A stretch of 64,000 bases of DNA. Origin: Thermoproteota archaeon (lineage in GTDB: Archaea > Korarchaeota > JAOZGF01 > JAOZFZ01). The stretch covers positions 602,449 through 666,448 of the forward strand of contig JAOZFT010000004.1 in assembly GCA_027492035.1 (NCBI GenBank), read 5' to 3'. The notes under the pieces were generated by a model. The model was not told the origin of the DNA. It did no database searches and saw nothing but the letters and a program-made list of their open reading frames with translations. Made by a program: the position numbers and the translations under genes. Of the stretch, positions 1 to 10,307 are shown one piece after another (the first letter of the stretch is position 1; every line of letters starts with the position of its first letter).

Positions 1-489
1 AACCCTAAATCAATTTATGAACCGGGTAAAAGAGGAAAAAACTGGCTTAAATTAAAGAAAACACTTACTTTAGACTTAGTTATAGTGGGAGCCCAATGGG
101 GTTACGGTAGAAGGAGGAAATGGTTAAGTGACTATTTCTTAGCTGTGTGGAACGAAAGTAAAACAGACCTACTGATTGTGGGAAAAACATTTAAGGGGTT
201 GACCGACCAAGAATTCGAATGGATAACCAAGAAACTCCTAGAAAAAAAGTTAAGGGAAAAGGGGTACGTTGTCTGGGTTAAACCTGAAATAGTGGTTGAA
301 ACGGCTTTTAATGAAATCCAGAAATCTAAACTTTACCCTTCAGGCTACGTCTTAAGGTTTGCAAGAATAAAAAATATAAGGTTTGATAAAGAATTGAAAG
401 AAGCTGACACAATAAAGGAAGTGAAGAAAATATTTGAAACGCAGAAAAAGAGAAACCTTGAAAAAATATGGAGGAGCTTCTCAGCTTAA
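1..489 (+). CDS. lig: ATP-dependent DNA ligase, C-terminal part (5' truncated by window edge)
   Basis: Frame open from base 1: NPKSIYEPGKRGKNWLKLK (motif V), LDLVIVGAQWGYGRR, OB-fold VVETAFNEIQKS...LRFARIKNIRFDK (motif VI). Confidence 0.95.
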   Translation, partial: NPKSIYEPGKRGKNWLKLKKTLTLDLVIVGAQWGYGRRRKWLSDYFLAVWNESKTDLLIVGKTFKGLTDQEFEWITKKLLEKKLREKGYVVWVKPEIVVETAFNEIQKSKLYPSGYVLRFARIKNIRFDKELKEADTIKEVKKIFETQKKRNLEKIWRSFSA

Positions 490-546
490 ACCTTTAAAAC
501 CCATGAATTAAAACTTTCTCTATAGGTGTTCTCCATAGGTGGGTGG

Positions 547-1422
547 ATGTTTTCTTTCAGAAAAAAGGTAAAAACCTACTGGGATTTATTTAGGTTTGAA
601 CATGGGTTAATGATGGGTTTAGGTGTACTCATAGGTTACTTTGCTTCTTCACCTGCAAAGGTCGAGTTCCTTACTTTATCCAAAGGGTTTTTTGTGGCTC
701 TATTTCTTGAAATGGCAGGTTTCGCCTTAAACGATTATTTTGACTACTTAGTTGATTTGGAAAATAAAAGATTTGACAGGCCTCTTATTAGAGGGGAGAT
801 CAGAAAGGAACAAATAATTCCTATTTCGATTTTCCTTTTTTCCCTTGGGTTAAGCGTTTCACTTACTATCAACTTCCTAGCTTTCATTTTCTCTTTAATA
901 CTAGCTATACTGGCTATACTGTACGATTGGAAAGTTAAAAAAAGGAAATATCTAGGAAACCAATACATAGCAGTAACAATGGCTGCCCCCTTCCTTTTTG
1001 GAAGCTTAATTTCGACAGGTAGGTTTGTGTCTGTTACAATAATTTTGGCCTCTATGGCTTATTTAGTAGGTGTTGGGAGAGAAATAATGAAGGATGTTGT
1101 AGATTTAGATGGTGACGTGAAACAGGGAATAACGTCTCTGCCTTCAGTTCTAGGTGTAAAAAATTCTTTAAAGATTGCTTCTGTTTTGTTGTTCAGCAGC
1201 ACTCTCCTAAGCCCTGTCCCTTTAACACTTACCGACACTGCCTACTACATGAACCCTCTATACGCTGTTCCTGTTTCAATAACTGATTTAGGTTTAATCT
1301 ATACAAGTTTTGAGACATGGAGGTACATAGAGAAAAGGAAACTGAACGATTTAAGGAAAGAAACCTTAATTATTCTAATTATAGGCTTAATAGGTTTCTT
1401 TTTAGGAGCCTTTAGACTTTAA
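547..1422 (+). CDS. UbiA-family prenyltransferase, probably digeranylgeranylglyceryl phosphate (DGGGP) synthase
   Basis: NDYFDYLVDLENKRFDRPL and REIMKDVVDLDGD Asp-rich motifs, multiple TM helices; ATG at 547 preferred over GTG at 526. Confidence 0.85.
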   Translation: MFSFRKKVKTYWDLFRFEHGLMMGLGVLIGYFASSPAKVEFLTLSKGFFVALFLEMAGFALNDYFDYLVDLENKRFDRPLIRGEIRKEQIIPISIFLFSLGLSVSLTINFLAFIFSLILAILAILYDWKVKKRKYLGNQYIAVTMAAPFLFGSLISTGRFVSVTIILASMAYLVGVGREIMKDVVDLDGDVKQGITSLPSVLGVKNSLKIASVLLFSSTLLSPVPLTLTDTAYYMNPLYAVPVSITDLGLIYTSFETWRYIEKRKLNDLRKETLIILIIGLIGFFLGAFRL

Positions 1423-1435
1423 AAACTTTCATTAT

Positions 1436-2854
1436 TTAATGTTGAAACCTCCAACGGGTACCCTGCTTTGTGTCTTCCACAACTACCCCTAATTCCTTCA
1501 ATTTCTTCCTTATTTCGTCTGAGAGAGCGAAAAGTTTCTGCCTCCTTAATTCATCCCTAACCACAATCACTAATTCTATCAACTCCCTAACAATTTCTTC
1601 TTTAATTTCTCTTTCCTTTTGTAGAACTCCGAAGACGCTACTGAAATCTTTGAAGAATGAATCGATTTCACGATATAATGCCTCGTTTATTTCGTTCTTG
1701 TTCTTTATGAACCTGTTGATTTCTTTTACTAAATTAAATACTGAAGCTAAGGCCTTAGGTGTGTTGAAGTCGTCATCCATTGCTTGCACAAATTCCTTTT
1801 TTGCGTTCTTGACCTTTTCTTTCAACTCGATTTCAGCTTCACTTAACACCCCTTTACTCTTTCTCAGCAGCTTCAGCAGATCCAACAAATTATAAATTCT
1901 CTCTAGACTTTCTCTTGTTTGCTCCAAATGTTCTTCACGGAAATCTATAGGACTCCTGTAATGTTTCGAAACAAAAAACAACCTTAAAACTTCAGGACCC
2001 CACTTTTTTAAGGCTTCCCGTATAGGGATTATATTACCTAAACTCTTACTCATTTTTTCCCCTTTAATGTTTAAGAAACCGGTATGTAACCAATACTTCA
2101 CCCAAGGTTTCTTCCCGGATGCAGCTTCACTTTGAGCTATTTCGTTTTCATGATGAGGAAAAATTAAATCGCTTCCGCCGCCATGTATATCAAACTGTTC
2201 ACCTAAATACTTCGAACTCATAACTGAACACTCTATATGCCATCCCGGCCTTCCATTCCCCCACGGACTAGGCCAGTTTGGCTCTCTAGGTTTTTTAAAT
2301 TTCCACAATGCAAAATCTCCTGGGTTACGTTTATTTGGGTTAGGTTCAATGCGGTGCTTAACCAACTCCTCCCTTTTCTGCTTCGAAAGTTTTCCGTAAT
2401 CCTTAAACTTGTCAACATCGAAATAAACTCCATCTTTAATCACGTAAGCGTAATCCTTTTCAACAAGTTTCTTTATAACCTCTAACATCTCTGATATGTG
2501 ACCTGTGGCAAAACAGTAAATGTCAGGATGTATGTCAAGAATATACATATCCCTAAAAAATTCTTGACTAAACCTTGTAACCAACTCTGTAGTAGTTACT
2601 CCCTCCTCCTGAGCCTTTTTTATTATTTTGTCATCTACGTCTGTAATGTTCATAACCCACTTAACTTTAAACCCTCTCTTTTCAAGCCAACGGTGAATCA
2701 CATCGAAAGCTGTGTAGGTTCTTGCATGGCCTACATGGCTGTAATCGTAGGGGGTAGGTCCACAAACATACATCCTCACCTCTCCCCTTCTTAGCGGCCT
2801 AAAAACTTCCTTTTTCCCGCTTAAAGTGTTAAACAATTTAATTTCCATCATCAA
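1436..2854 (-). CDS. cysS: Cysteine--tRNA ligase
   Basis: MYVCGPTPYDYSHVGHAR (HIGH-like), GRPGWHIECS, DIHGGGSDLIFPHHENE, KMSKS. Confidence 0.98.
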   Translation of the reverse strand: MMMEIKLFNTLSGKKEVFRPLRRGEVRMYVCGPTPYDYSHVGHARTYTAFDVIHRWLEKRGFKVKWVMNITDVDDKIIKKAQEEGVTTTELVTRFSQEFFRDMYILDIHPDIYCFATGHISEMLEVIKKLVEKDYAYVIKDGVYFDVDKFKDYGKLSKQKREELVKHRIEPNPNKRNPGDFALWKFKKPREPNWPSPWGNGRPGWHIECSVMSSKYLGEQFDIHGGGSDLIFPHHENEIAQSEAASGKKPWVKYWLHTGFLNIKGEKMSKSLGNIIPIREALKKWGPEVLRLFFVSKHYRSPIDFREEHLEQTRESLERIYNLLDLLKLLRKSKGVLSEAEIELKEKVKNAKKEFVQAMDDDFNTPKALASVFNLVKEINRFIKNKNEINEALYREIDSFFKDFSSVFGVLQKEREIKEEIVRELIELVIVVRDELRRQKLFALSDEIRKKLKELGVVVEDTKQGTRWRFQH

Positions 2855-3006
2855 CCAACCTGCAACAAATACATCAGCTTAAGTTCACAAATGTTTCCCT
2901 TTCAAACCTTTAAGGGGGCTTTCGAAAAGTTAACCTTCTCTTATATTTATTTTTCATGAAAGAAGAGGAGGTTTTCTTTCACAGAAAAAAATTTCAGAAA
3001 TAAATG

Positions 3007-3312
3007 CTACAACAGCCTCGTTAAGGGTGTAATGATTGCGAGTATCTTAAAACTTGTTCCAACCATCCATTGCAAACGCTCTAAACATTTATCTACATAA
3101 TGTACCAGCTCTTCTCTTAATTTGTTTATTTCTTCTTTTGTTTCTTTTCTCAGTTTGTTTGCATCCTCTTTGGTGGCGATACTCTCTAAAGCTGTTTTGG
3201 TCATAACTGATTGCATTTCAGGGTCCTTCGCTATTTCAACAGCTAAACTTTTTAAAGTCCATTTATCCCTCTTAATTCCTTCAACTATCTCTTCAGCAGA
3301 TAAATTAGACAA
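3007..3312 (-). CDS. Small coiled-coil protein with C-terminal hydrophobic tail (DUF1640/CCDC90-like, possibly degenerate)
   Basis: IATKEDANKLRKETKEEINKLREEL 11-residue repeat followed by LQWMVG and a hydrophobic tail. Confidence 0.55.
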   Translation of the reverse strand: MSNLSAEEIVEGIKRDKWTLKSLAVEIAKDPEMQSVMTKTALESIATKEDANKLRKETKEEINKLREELVHYVDKCLERLQWMVGTSFKILAIITPLTRLL

Positions 3313-3685
3313 ATTAAGCCGCCGAAACTTTTAAAGAAAACATTTTCACTTAAACACCCAACTCATTTTTTAAAAATTTTTACTTATTTCTATGTTAAGA
3401 ATCAAGGGTTTAACTGGTGTCATCTGCTGAATCAGAATCGAAAATGATACTTTCTTTTATCTTGCTAAGCCTATTCGTTTACTGTCCTTGTTTCTTTCTC
3501 ACATATCTATCTCCAGCTCTTATGAAAATAAAAAACAATCAATGGCCCTGTGCAGTGTTTAGTGGAAATTAAATAAATGCTTTTTGTACAAGTTATTCCT
3601 TAAAACTTTTCTTCTCCTCTGAAGTTAAGAAAATGTGTTTTTCCTTGTTTATTTTGTCTTTTAAGTGCTCTAAAAGAGTTTGCTT

Positions 3686-4555
3686 CTATGAAATTATATT
3701 TAGGGCTTTGTACATGTTTCTATAGCTTTTCTTCAATTCTTCATTGCTCATTTTGTTTTTCACTTTATTTATTTCCTTTATTGCTTTTCCTTGGTTAAAA
3801 ACCAGTTTTTTCACCAGATTTATTTTGTTTTCTATTTCCTCAATGTACTCTGTTAAATTTTTGTTTTCTGTTTGTAAAGTTAGGATTAGTGAAGGATTTT
3901 GGCTCAGTATTGCTTTCATCCAGAGGAGTAGAACTTTGAAGGTAGGCCCTGAAACCCCCTCTATTTCTTTTAAGTTTCTGTTTTCCAACATAAATGCCAA
4001 AACAAGACTTAAAAAATAGTTTAATGAAATGGTTAAACCCATTAATTCTTCATGTTTTCTTAAATCCAAAGTAATGAATTTACATTCATTAAATATCTCT
4101 TTTGCTTTGTCAAGTTCCTTTTCCTTGTCTTTCACAGGTACTAAAACAATTTTTTCCTGGTTTATTTCCTTTACTCCTGGCCCGAAAAGCGGATGAAGAG
4201 AAATAACTTGCACGTTCCTTTTTCCAATTTTTTCCAGTGCTTGGAAAACTTTTTCCTTCAACGAAGTTATCTCTACTATTGTCTTTATTTTTCCAGTCTT
4301 TAAGGTGGTTTCGTTAAAAATTTTGTTCAGTATTTTTGGGGTTTCTGGTATTGGTAGAGAAAGGAAAACAATATCAGCGTTTTCTACTGCTTTCTTAAAT
4401 GATTCTTCAAACTCTACTCCAAGCATTGAAGCTACTTTCTTTCCTTTCTCTTTATTTATATCATTAATCAAAACTTGGAACTTTTTATTTTTGAAATATT
4501 GGGTAAAAACTTGACCCATTGACCCCGCTCCACCTATAACTGCGATCTTAACCAT
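3686..4555 (-). CDS. tyrA: Prephenate/arogenate dehydrogenase
   Basis: Rossmann GGAGSMG, EITSLK, SLHPLFGP, HEELM motifs; aromatic cluster context. Confidence 0.92.
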   Translation of the reverse strand: MVKIAVIGGAGSMGQVFTQYFKNKKFQVLINDINKEKGKKVASMLGVEFEESFKKAVENADIVFLSLPIPETPKILNKIFNETTLKTGKIKTIVEITSLKEKVFQALEKIGKRNVQVISLHPLFGPGVKEINQEKIVLVPVKDKEKELDKAKEIFNECKFITLDLRKHEELMGLTISLNYFLSLVLAFMLENRNLKEIEGVSGPTFKVLLLWMKAILSQNPSLILTLQTENKNLTEYIEEIENKINLVKKLVFNQGKAIKEINKVKNKMSNEELKKSYRNMYKALNIIS

Positions 4556-4906
4556 TTTTTACACATCCTTAAACTCTACCTGGCCTCCCCTCAGTTTTTA
4601 ATGCCCCCTTTCAACAACAGTTCATGAAAAACAGTTTATTTCTGTTGCATTTAATTATTAACCATTTTATAAAGAAGGAGGTCCTTTTTCAATTTTTTAA
4701 GGGTTAGAACGGTTATAACCCTTTCTTCTTCACTAAAAATTAAGTAATAAGTAAATTTGCTTAAAACCTTGAAAAAAGTGTTGAGTCCTTTGGAGTTGCA
4801 GCATTATCTCACATGCAGTTTCACTTACAGTTAAGGGCTTTAAATTGATTTTTAGGAGCCTGGGAGACTTAAAATCTTTTGAACTAAATGTAGAACCTCT
4901 TTACTT

Positions 4907-5350
4907 TTAAGGTATAACTACTGATTTAGGATAGTCTTTCCCTGAAGCAGTGTGAACAGTTACTTCATATGTTATCCCTGACTGCCAGCTTCCGGATGTA
5001 ATGCTGGAAGGAGGACCAGATATTGTTATTTGCTGCCCACCACCAACAGCAACTGTGAAAGGAAGAGTAGGAGATGACACTTTACTATTATCTGGTATAC
5101 CATTCACGAAAACATCAGTAATTGTTACATCTGTTGAACCTGTGTTATTAACAATAACCTGTACATCAGTGCCGTCATAATATATAGCAGTTATTTCTAA
5201 CTTTTCATACCTGGTAAATGTCCCAACCAAACCTGTTGCCCATAACGCCACTGCTATGGCTATAGCTATTGATACAGCGACGATTATAACTGTTGCTACA
5301 ACAGGATGAATGCCTTCCCTATCTCCTATAAATAAAAGTTTCCTTCTCAT
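4907..5350 (-). CDS. Archaeal type IV pilin-like protein (class III signal peptide)
   Basis: DREG|IHPVVATVIIVAVSIAIAIAVALW cleavage site and hydrophobic helix; beta-rich Ser/Thr domain VNNTGSTDVTITDVFVNG...YEVTVHTASG. Confidence 0.88.
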   Translation of the reverse strand: MRRKLLFIGDREGIHPVVATVIIVAVSIAIAIAVALWATGLVGTFTRYEKLEITAIYYDGTDVQVIVNNTGSTDVTITDVFVNGIPDNSKVSSPTLPFTVAVGGGQQITISGPPSSITSGSWQSGITYEVTVHTASGKDYPKSVVIP

Positions 5351-5590
5351 TTTTCAATTCTCCACTTTCCCATCTTACTCTTTAAATACGCATTTCTTCT
5401 ATTAAAAAGGTTTTGTTTGTGTTAAGGAGCAAGGGGTTTTAAGGGGCATTTCTTTCCTCAAAAATGAAGTAGGAAAGGAATAATGAAAGTACTATATAAA
5501 GAATTTTTTGGATCTACTAAAAAAGGAAAGACATGGATTATTAACTAAGTAAAGTACTTCTTTGTCTTTATACACGGAATTTTTTCTCCT

Positions 5591-7030
5591 TTAATTGGTT
5601 ATGGAGTTCAAAGCTTCACAGAATTCTTTTAAACCTAGAAATAAATCTTCCTTTCTAGTTGAAACGTTGATTCTTATGAATTCGGTGTATTTTTGGCCGA
5701 ACGCTGTACCAGGGGCGACGGCAACTCTCTTCTTTTCAAGTAACTTTTCAGCGAAATCTAAACTATTAAACTTGTCTTTTAAAACTTTAATGAAGAAGTA
5801 AAGCCCGCCTTCAGGCTTCATGTACTTCACTGGTTGATTCTTCAATAATTTATCAGTTAATGAAACATTTCCTTTCATGAACTCCTTGTATTTCTTTTCC
5901 TTTTCTGTTTCCAAAACAGCTAAACCTGCTTTTTGGATAAATGGAGGTACACAAGTTACTGTTAAGGAAATAAGCGAAGAAATTTTGTCAATGATCTCCT
6001 TCTTTCCAATGGCGTAACCTAATCTAAAACCGGTCATTCCATAAGTTTTAGAGAAGGAGTCAACATAAATTGTGTTTTCGTAATTGTATTCCAAAACTGT
6101 TTTGAAAGGTTTAAAAGTTAATTTTGAGTATGTTTCATCAGCTAAAACCAGTAACTTTTTCTCTTCAGCTAACTGAACTATTTCCTCAAGTTCTTTTTCC
6201 CCATAAATTTTCCCTGTAGGGTTGCAAGGGTTATTAATAATTATCATTTTGGTGTTTTCATCGATTTCTTCTTTAAGTTTCTCCGAATCTATCCTCCATC
6301 CTTTCTCAAGCTCTGTATTTATTTCCCCAATTAATCCTTTTGCTTTCATTGTTAAGCTTCCATAAACAGGCCATGAAGGATTAAAGATTATTACCTTCTC
6401 CCCAGGTTTAATGTTGGTTGTTATTGATGCATAAATACCAAATTTGCCTCCAGGAGTTAAAACTATATTTTCATTTGCGAAGTCTAAACTGTTTTCCTCA
6501 TTCACTTTCTCAATTATTGCTTTCTTAACTTCTTCTAAACCCGTAGGTGAGGAATAACTCATGTTTTTTTTGGTTAATGAGTCTTTTAAGGCATTAATTG
6601 CTTCTTCAGGTGGGCCGTAACAGGGTTCACCTACTTCTAGATGCACAACTTTTTTTCCAAGTGTTTCAAGCTCTTTAGCCTTTATGAATAAATTATAAAA
6701 AGCCTTACTTCTTTCTTCTGCCTTAAACCCTTGAATTCTCCTTGATTCATTAATTACTATACCTAATACTGTTAAAATATACTCTTTCTCTTTCCTGCTC
6801 ATTTCTAACTTTTCAAGAACTCCCTTTATTAATTCATTTTCCCTTTTAACATCTAAAACAGGTAAGTTTCTTTCCTTTTTTAGTTTCCCCACTTCCTCAA
6901 CCAACTTTAGCCTCTTCAGTAAAAGAGCTGCTGTACTTAAGGTAACGTCATCTATTTCCTGTCTCCTTTTCTTTATTTCTGCATAGCTTCTGTTCAGGTT
7001 CAATTTTTCTCCTTTGGTTTTAGAGGACAT
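5591..7030 (-). CDS. Chorismate mutase (AroQ) fused to a class I/II PLP aminotransferase
   Basis: N-term RQEIDDV...RLKLVEEVGKLKKERNLPVLDVKRE (AroQ); C-term LEVGEP, NNPCNPTG, DETY, SFSKTYGMTGFRLGY. Confidence 0.9.
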   Translation of the reverse strand: MSSKTKGEKLNLNRSYAEIKKRRQEIDDVTLSTAALLLKRLKLVEEVGKLKKERNLPVLDVKRENELIKGVLEKLEMSRKEKEYILTVLGIVINESRRIQGFKAEERSKAFYNLFIKAKELETLGKKVVHLEVGEPCYGPPEEAINALKDSLTKKNMSYSSPTGLEEVKKAIIEKVNEENSLDFANENIVLTPGGKFGIYASITTNIKPGEKVIIFNPSWPVYGSLTMKAKGLIGEINTELEKGWRIDSEKLKEEIDENTKMIIINNPCNPTGKIYGEKELEEIVQLAEEKKLLVLADETYSKLTFKPFKTVLEYNYENTIYVDSFSKTYGMTGFRLGYAIGKKEIIDKISSLISLTVTCVPPFIQKAGLAVLETEKEKKYKEFMKGNVSLTDKLLKNQPVKYMKPEGGLYFFIKVLKDKFNSLDFAEKLLEKKRVAVAPGTAFGQKYTEFIRINVSTRKEDLFLGLKEFCEALNSITN

Positions 7031-8114
7031 TTTTTAAGACCCCTGCCTTCAAACAATTATCTACTATAACCAAGTTTGTTATGCTTTCAACTACAGGTAC
7101 AGCTCTAGGGACTATGCAAGGATCATGTCTTCCCCTCAGAACCATTATTTCCTCCTTCATCTCCTTTAAATTAACTGTATTTTGGGGTTTGCTTATTGAG
7201 GGGGTGGGTTTAAAGAATACCTTAAATGTTAAAGGCATTCCTGTACTTAAACCTCCAAGGACGCCTCCTGCATTATTTGTCAAAGTAACTATTTTTCCCT
7301 TTCTCAAAACGTATTGGTCATTATTTTCTGAACCCTTCATTTCTGAAACTTTAAATCCTGCTCCAAACTCTACAGCTTTAACTGCAGGTATGGAAAAGAA
7401 TCCCTTACTAAGTTCAGACTCTAAAGATTGGAAAACAGGTTCACCTAATCCCACAGGTAAACCGTAAACGATTCCAGCCACAACTCCTCCCAGGCTGTCT
7501 CCCTCTTTCTTTGCTTCAATAATTGCCCTTTTCATTTTTTCAGCTGTTTCGGATTCTGGGCATCTAACAGGGTTTGAGTACCTTTTTTCACTTATTTCTT
7601 CTCTGCTTAACTTCTTAACCCTTATTTTTCCTACTTGGTAAGTGTAGGTTAAGGTCTCTATTCCTAGTTCCTCCTTAAGTATTTTTTTAGCTATTGCTCC
7701 AGCCATGACGAAAGAAGCTGTAATTCTTCCTGAAAACCTTCCTCCCCCCCTGTAATCATTGTATCCTCGATATTTCACTCTTGCAGGGTAGTCTGCATGT
7801 CCAGGCCGTGGTAAATCTTTTATTTCCATGTAGGGCCTAGAGTCCATCTTTCTGTTTTTTATAATCATTGCAATAGGCGCCCCGGTTGTGTAACCTCTGA
7901 AAACGCCTGAAAGGATTTCCACTTTATCTTTTTCAAACCTTGTAGTGGTTATTTCTGGATAAAACGGCTTTCTTAAGTCTAACTCCTTCTGAATATCCTT
8001 TTCATTTAGTTTCAAACCTGCTGGGCACCCATCAATCACAACCCCAACTACTTTGCCATGGCTTTCTCCAAAACTTAAGATTTTAAATCTGTCCCCGAAA
8101 ATGTTTCCAGTCAA
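7020..8114 (-). CDS. aroC: Chorismate synthase
   Basis: GESHG, PRPGHAD, RGGGRFSGR, GRHDPCIVPRA. Confidence 0.98.
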   Translation of the reverse strand: MTGNIFGDRFKILSFGESHGKVVGVVIDGCPAGLKLNEKDIQKELDLRKPFYPEITTTRFEKDKVEILSGVFRGYTTGAPIAMIIKNRKMDSRPYMEIKDLPRPGHADYPARVKYRGYNDYRGGGRFSGRITASFVMAGAIAKKILKEELGIETLTYTYQVGKIRVKKLSREEISEKRYSNPVRCPESETAEKMKRAIIEAKKEGDSLGGVVAGIVYGLPVGLGEPVFQSLESELSKGFFSIPAVKAVEFGAGFKVSEMKGSENNDQYVLRKGKIVTLTNNAGGVLGGLSTGMPLTFKVFFKPTPSISKPQNTVNLKEMKEEIMVLRGRHDPCIVPRAVPVVESITNLVIVDNCLKAGVLKNVL

Positions 8115-8136
8115 AAATTTAACCTCTCCAAACTTT

Positions 8137-9426
8137 TTAACTGTTTAAATCAATTATTTTCGCTCCTAACCTTCTCATTTCATTCAAAAAACCAGGATAT
8201 GAAACATCAACGCTTTCTTTTCCCTTAATAATGCTTCCACTCTCTAAGCCTATAGCTAATGAAGTGAAGGCCATAAACAGTCTGTGGTCGTTGTAGCTCT
8301 CAAAGACTCCTCCTTTTAATTTCTCTTTCCCCTTTATTACTAAACCATCTCTCTTCTCACTTATTTCCACACCTAACTTTGCTAACTCGGTCGCTAAGCA
8401 ATGTATCCTATCTGACTCTTTTTTTCTGGCGTGTTCAACTCCTTCAATAATTGTTTCCTTCTTGGTTTTAGTAGCTACAACCGCTAAAACAGGCAGTAAA
8501 TCCGGCGTGTCTTCTAAATTGAATTTTCCACCTTCTATTTCGCCAGCTTCAAAAAACAATTCGTTTCTTTTAACCTTTATGTTCTGCCCCATTTCTTTAA
8601 GGTACTCAATTATTTTCATGTCGCCTTGTGGCTCTGTGAAACTTAGTTTCCTCACTACTAAATTCGACTTTGAAACAGCTGCAGCCGCTAAGAAAAAAGA
8701 AATTGAACTGAAGTCTCCAGGAATTCTGAATTTTAAACCTTTTATTTCACTTTTAGGCTCCACCATAAACTCCTTAAATCCTTCATTTTCAACTTTTACA
8801 CCGTACTTTCCTAAAACATTTAAGGTCATTTCTATGTATGGTTTAGAGACTATTCTGTCCTTAACCAATATTCTCGTTTCTTCACTTGCCTTCACTGAAG
8901 AAATTAATAAAGCTGAAATAAATTGGGAAGATGTTCCTCCAGTAATTTCTGTTTCACCACCTGTAATTCCTCCTCCACTGACTATTACCGGTGGGAAACC
9001 ATTAAGTCTAGTTGACCATGCTTCCACACCTAAATCTTTGAGTGATTTAAGAAGAGGACCCATGGGTCTCTTTCTTAAACTTTCATCACCTGTTAAGACA
9101 CTGTATCCCTTTCTCACTAAACCTGAAATAGCTGTTAAGAAACGAATGGTTGTACCTGAATTTCCAGCATTTATCACATCTTCAGGGGTCTCTGGTAAAC
9201 CTATCCCCTCCACTACCAACTTCCTTCTTGTTCTTTTAACTTCAGCACCTAACTTCTCAACTCCTTCAATTGTTGCTTTAGTATCTTTTGAAAACAAAGG
9301 GTTAATTATTGTATTTCTTCCGGTAGTTAACAGCGAAACAACTACTGCTCGGTGGGTATAACTTTTACTTGGGGGGGCTTCAACTTTTCCCCTTATCTTC
9401 GTTGGGTAAACCTTGATTGAAGACAT
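8137..9426 (-). CDS. aroA: EPSP synthase
   Basis: PPSKSYTHR, GNSGTTIRF, SSQFISALL, KESDRI, DHRL. Confidence 0.98.
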   Translation of the reverse strand: MSSIKVYPTKIRGKVEAPPSKSYTHRAVVVSLLTTGRNTIINPLFSKDTKATIEGVEKLGAEVKRTRRKLVVEGIGLPETPEDVINAGNSGTTIRFLTAISGLVRKGYSVLTGDESLRKRPMGPLLKSLKDLGVEAWSTRLNGFPPVIVSGGGITGGETEITGGTSSQFISALLISSVKASEETRILVKDRIVSKPYIEMTLNVLGKYGVKVENEGFKEFMVEPKSEIKGLKFRIPGDFSSISFFLAAAAVSKSNLVVRKLSFTEPQGDMKIIEYLKEMGQNIKVKRNELFFEAGEIEGGKFNLEDTPDLLPVLAVVATKTKKETIIEGVEHARKKESDRIHCLATELAKLGVEISEKRDGLVIKGKEKLKGGVFESYNDHRLFMAFTSLAIGLESGSIIKGKESVDVSYPGFLNEMRRLGAKIIDLNS

Positions 9427-9434
9427 TTTTTAGT

Positions 9435-10307
9435 TCACCACTTCCCTGCTTTATTTTTTGAATTAACTTCTGTAACAATCAATTCCCCTTTGAATTCTCT
9501 CCATCTCTCAATAATCTCTCTACAGGTCTCTTTCTCACAAATAGCAAACATGGAAGGGCCTGTACCTGAAACTCCTGCTGTCAATGCACCTGTTTCTACG
9601 GCTTCAATTAAAGGAGCTGTTTCCAAGTTTAACACTGCGGAAATAAGTAATCCGTTCAAGAAAGAAGCTTCCCAATACTTTCCTTTCAAAGCTAAATTGA
9701 AAGCCTCCTCTGACAAGGAACTGAGCTTCTCCATCTTTTTCACGTTCACCTTAATTGTGTAAACCTTCTTTTTAGGTACTAATATCACAACCTTAAACTC
9801 CCTTAACTCCTCTCTCCTAATTAGTTTCTTCTTTAAGTTGTCTGTGAAAACTATTCCTCCGAAAAAGGAGGCGGATGCGTCATCTAAAGCCCCTGTAACT
9901 GAAACTTTAGCTTTTAAAGATGCCTCAACTCCTAACTTAACAGCTTCCAAGTCCTTTATTTTCCTTTTTAGGGCGTAAGCTGTAGCCAATACTGTAGCGT
10001 TAGCTGCAGCGCTTGAACTTTTCAACCCTCTTGCTATAGGTATTTCTGAAAAAGTTTTCACGCGGGCCCCATACTCGGTAGCTTTAAAATATCTCAAAGT
10101 TGCCTTTACCGCTTCCTTAACCAGTTCAGGGTTTTCTTGTGGATTGTTTAGGATTTCAACAATTACTTCCTCCTCTCCTTCAACAAGTTCCACTTCAGCC
10201 TTTGTTTCTAGTTTCACACCTATAGCCACTCCCTTCTTGGCAGGTATGGCATTCACCACTGTTACAGCTCCAAAAGCTCTGGCTCTACCTTTCAAATCCT
10301 TTTTCAA
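9435..10307 (-). CDS. aroK: Archaeal (GHMP-family) shikimate kinase
   Basis: GAVTVVNAI, IPIARGLKSSSA, SVTGALDDA, GVSGTGPS. Confidence 0.95.
   Translation of the reverse strand: MKKDLKGRARAFGAVTVVNAIPAKKGVAIGVKLETKAEVELVEGEEEVIVEILNNPQENPELVKEAVKATLRYFKATEYGARVKTFSEIPIARGLKSSSAAANATVLATAYALKRKIKDLEAVKLGVEASLKAKVSVTGALDDASASFFGGIVFTDNLKKKLIRREELREFKVVILVPKKKVYTIKVNVKKMEKLSSLSEEAFNLALKGKYWEASFLNGLLISAVLNLETAPLIEAVETGALTAGVSGTGPSMFAICEKETCREIIERWREFKGELIVTEVNSKNKAGKW

Noticed and set aside
3410-3530. Minus-strand IIFDSDSADDT resembling a GT2 glycosyltransferase motif
   Set aside because: Too short and flanked by stops; cannot be distinguished from chance
8462-9361. 299-aa plus-strand ORF, and the many other antisense ORFs in the track
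   Set aside because: Shadow frames of well-supported genes (here aroA); Ser/Phe/Pro-rich composition typical of antisense translation
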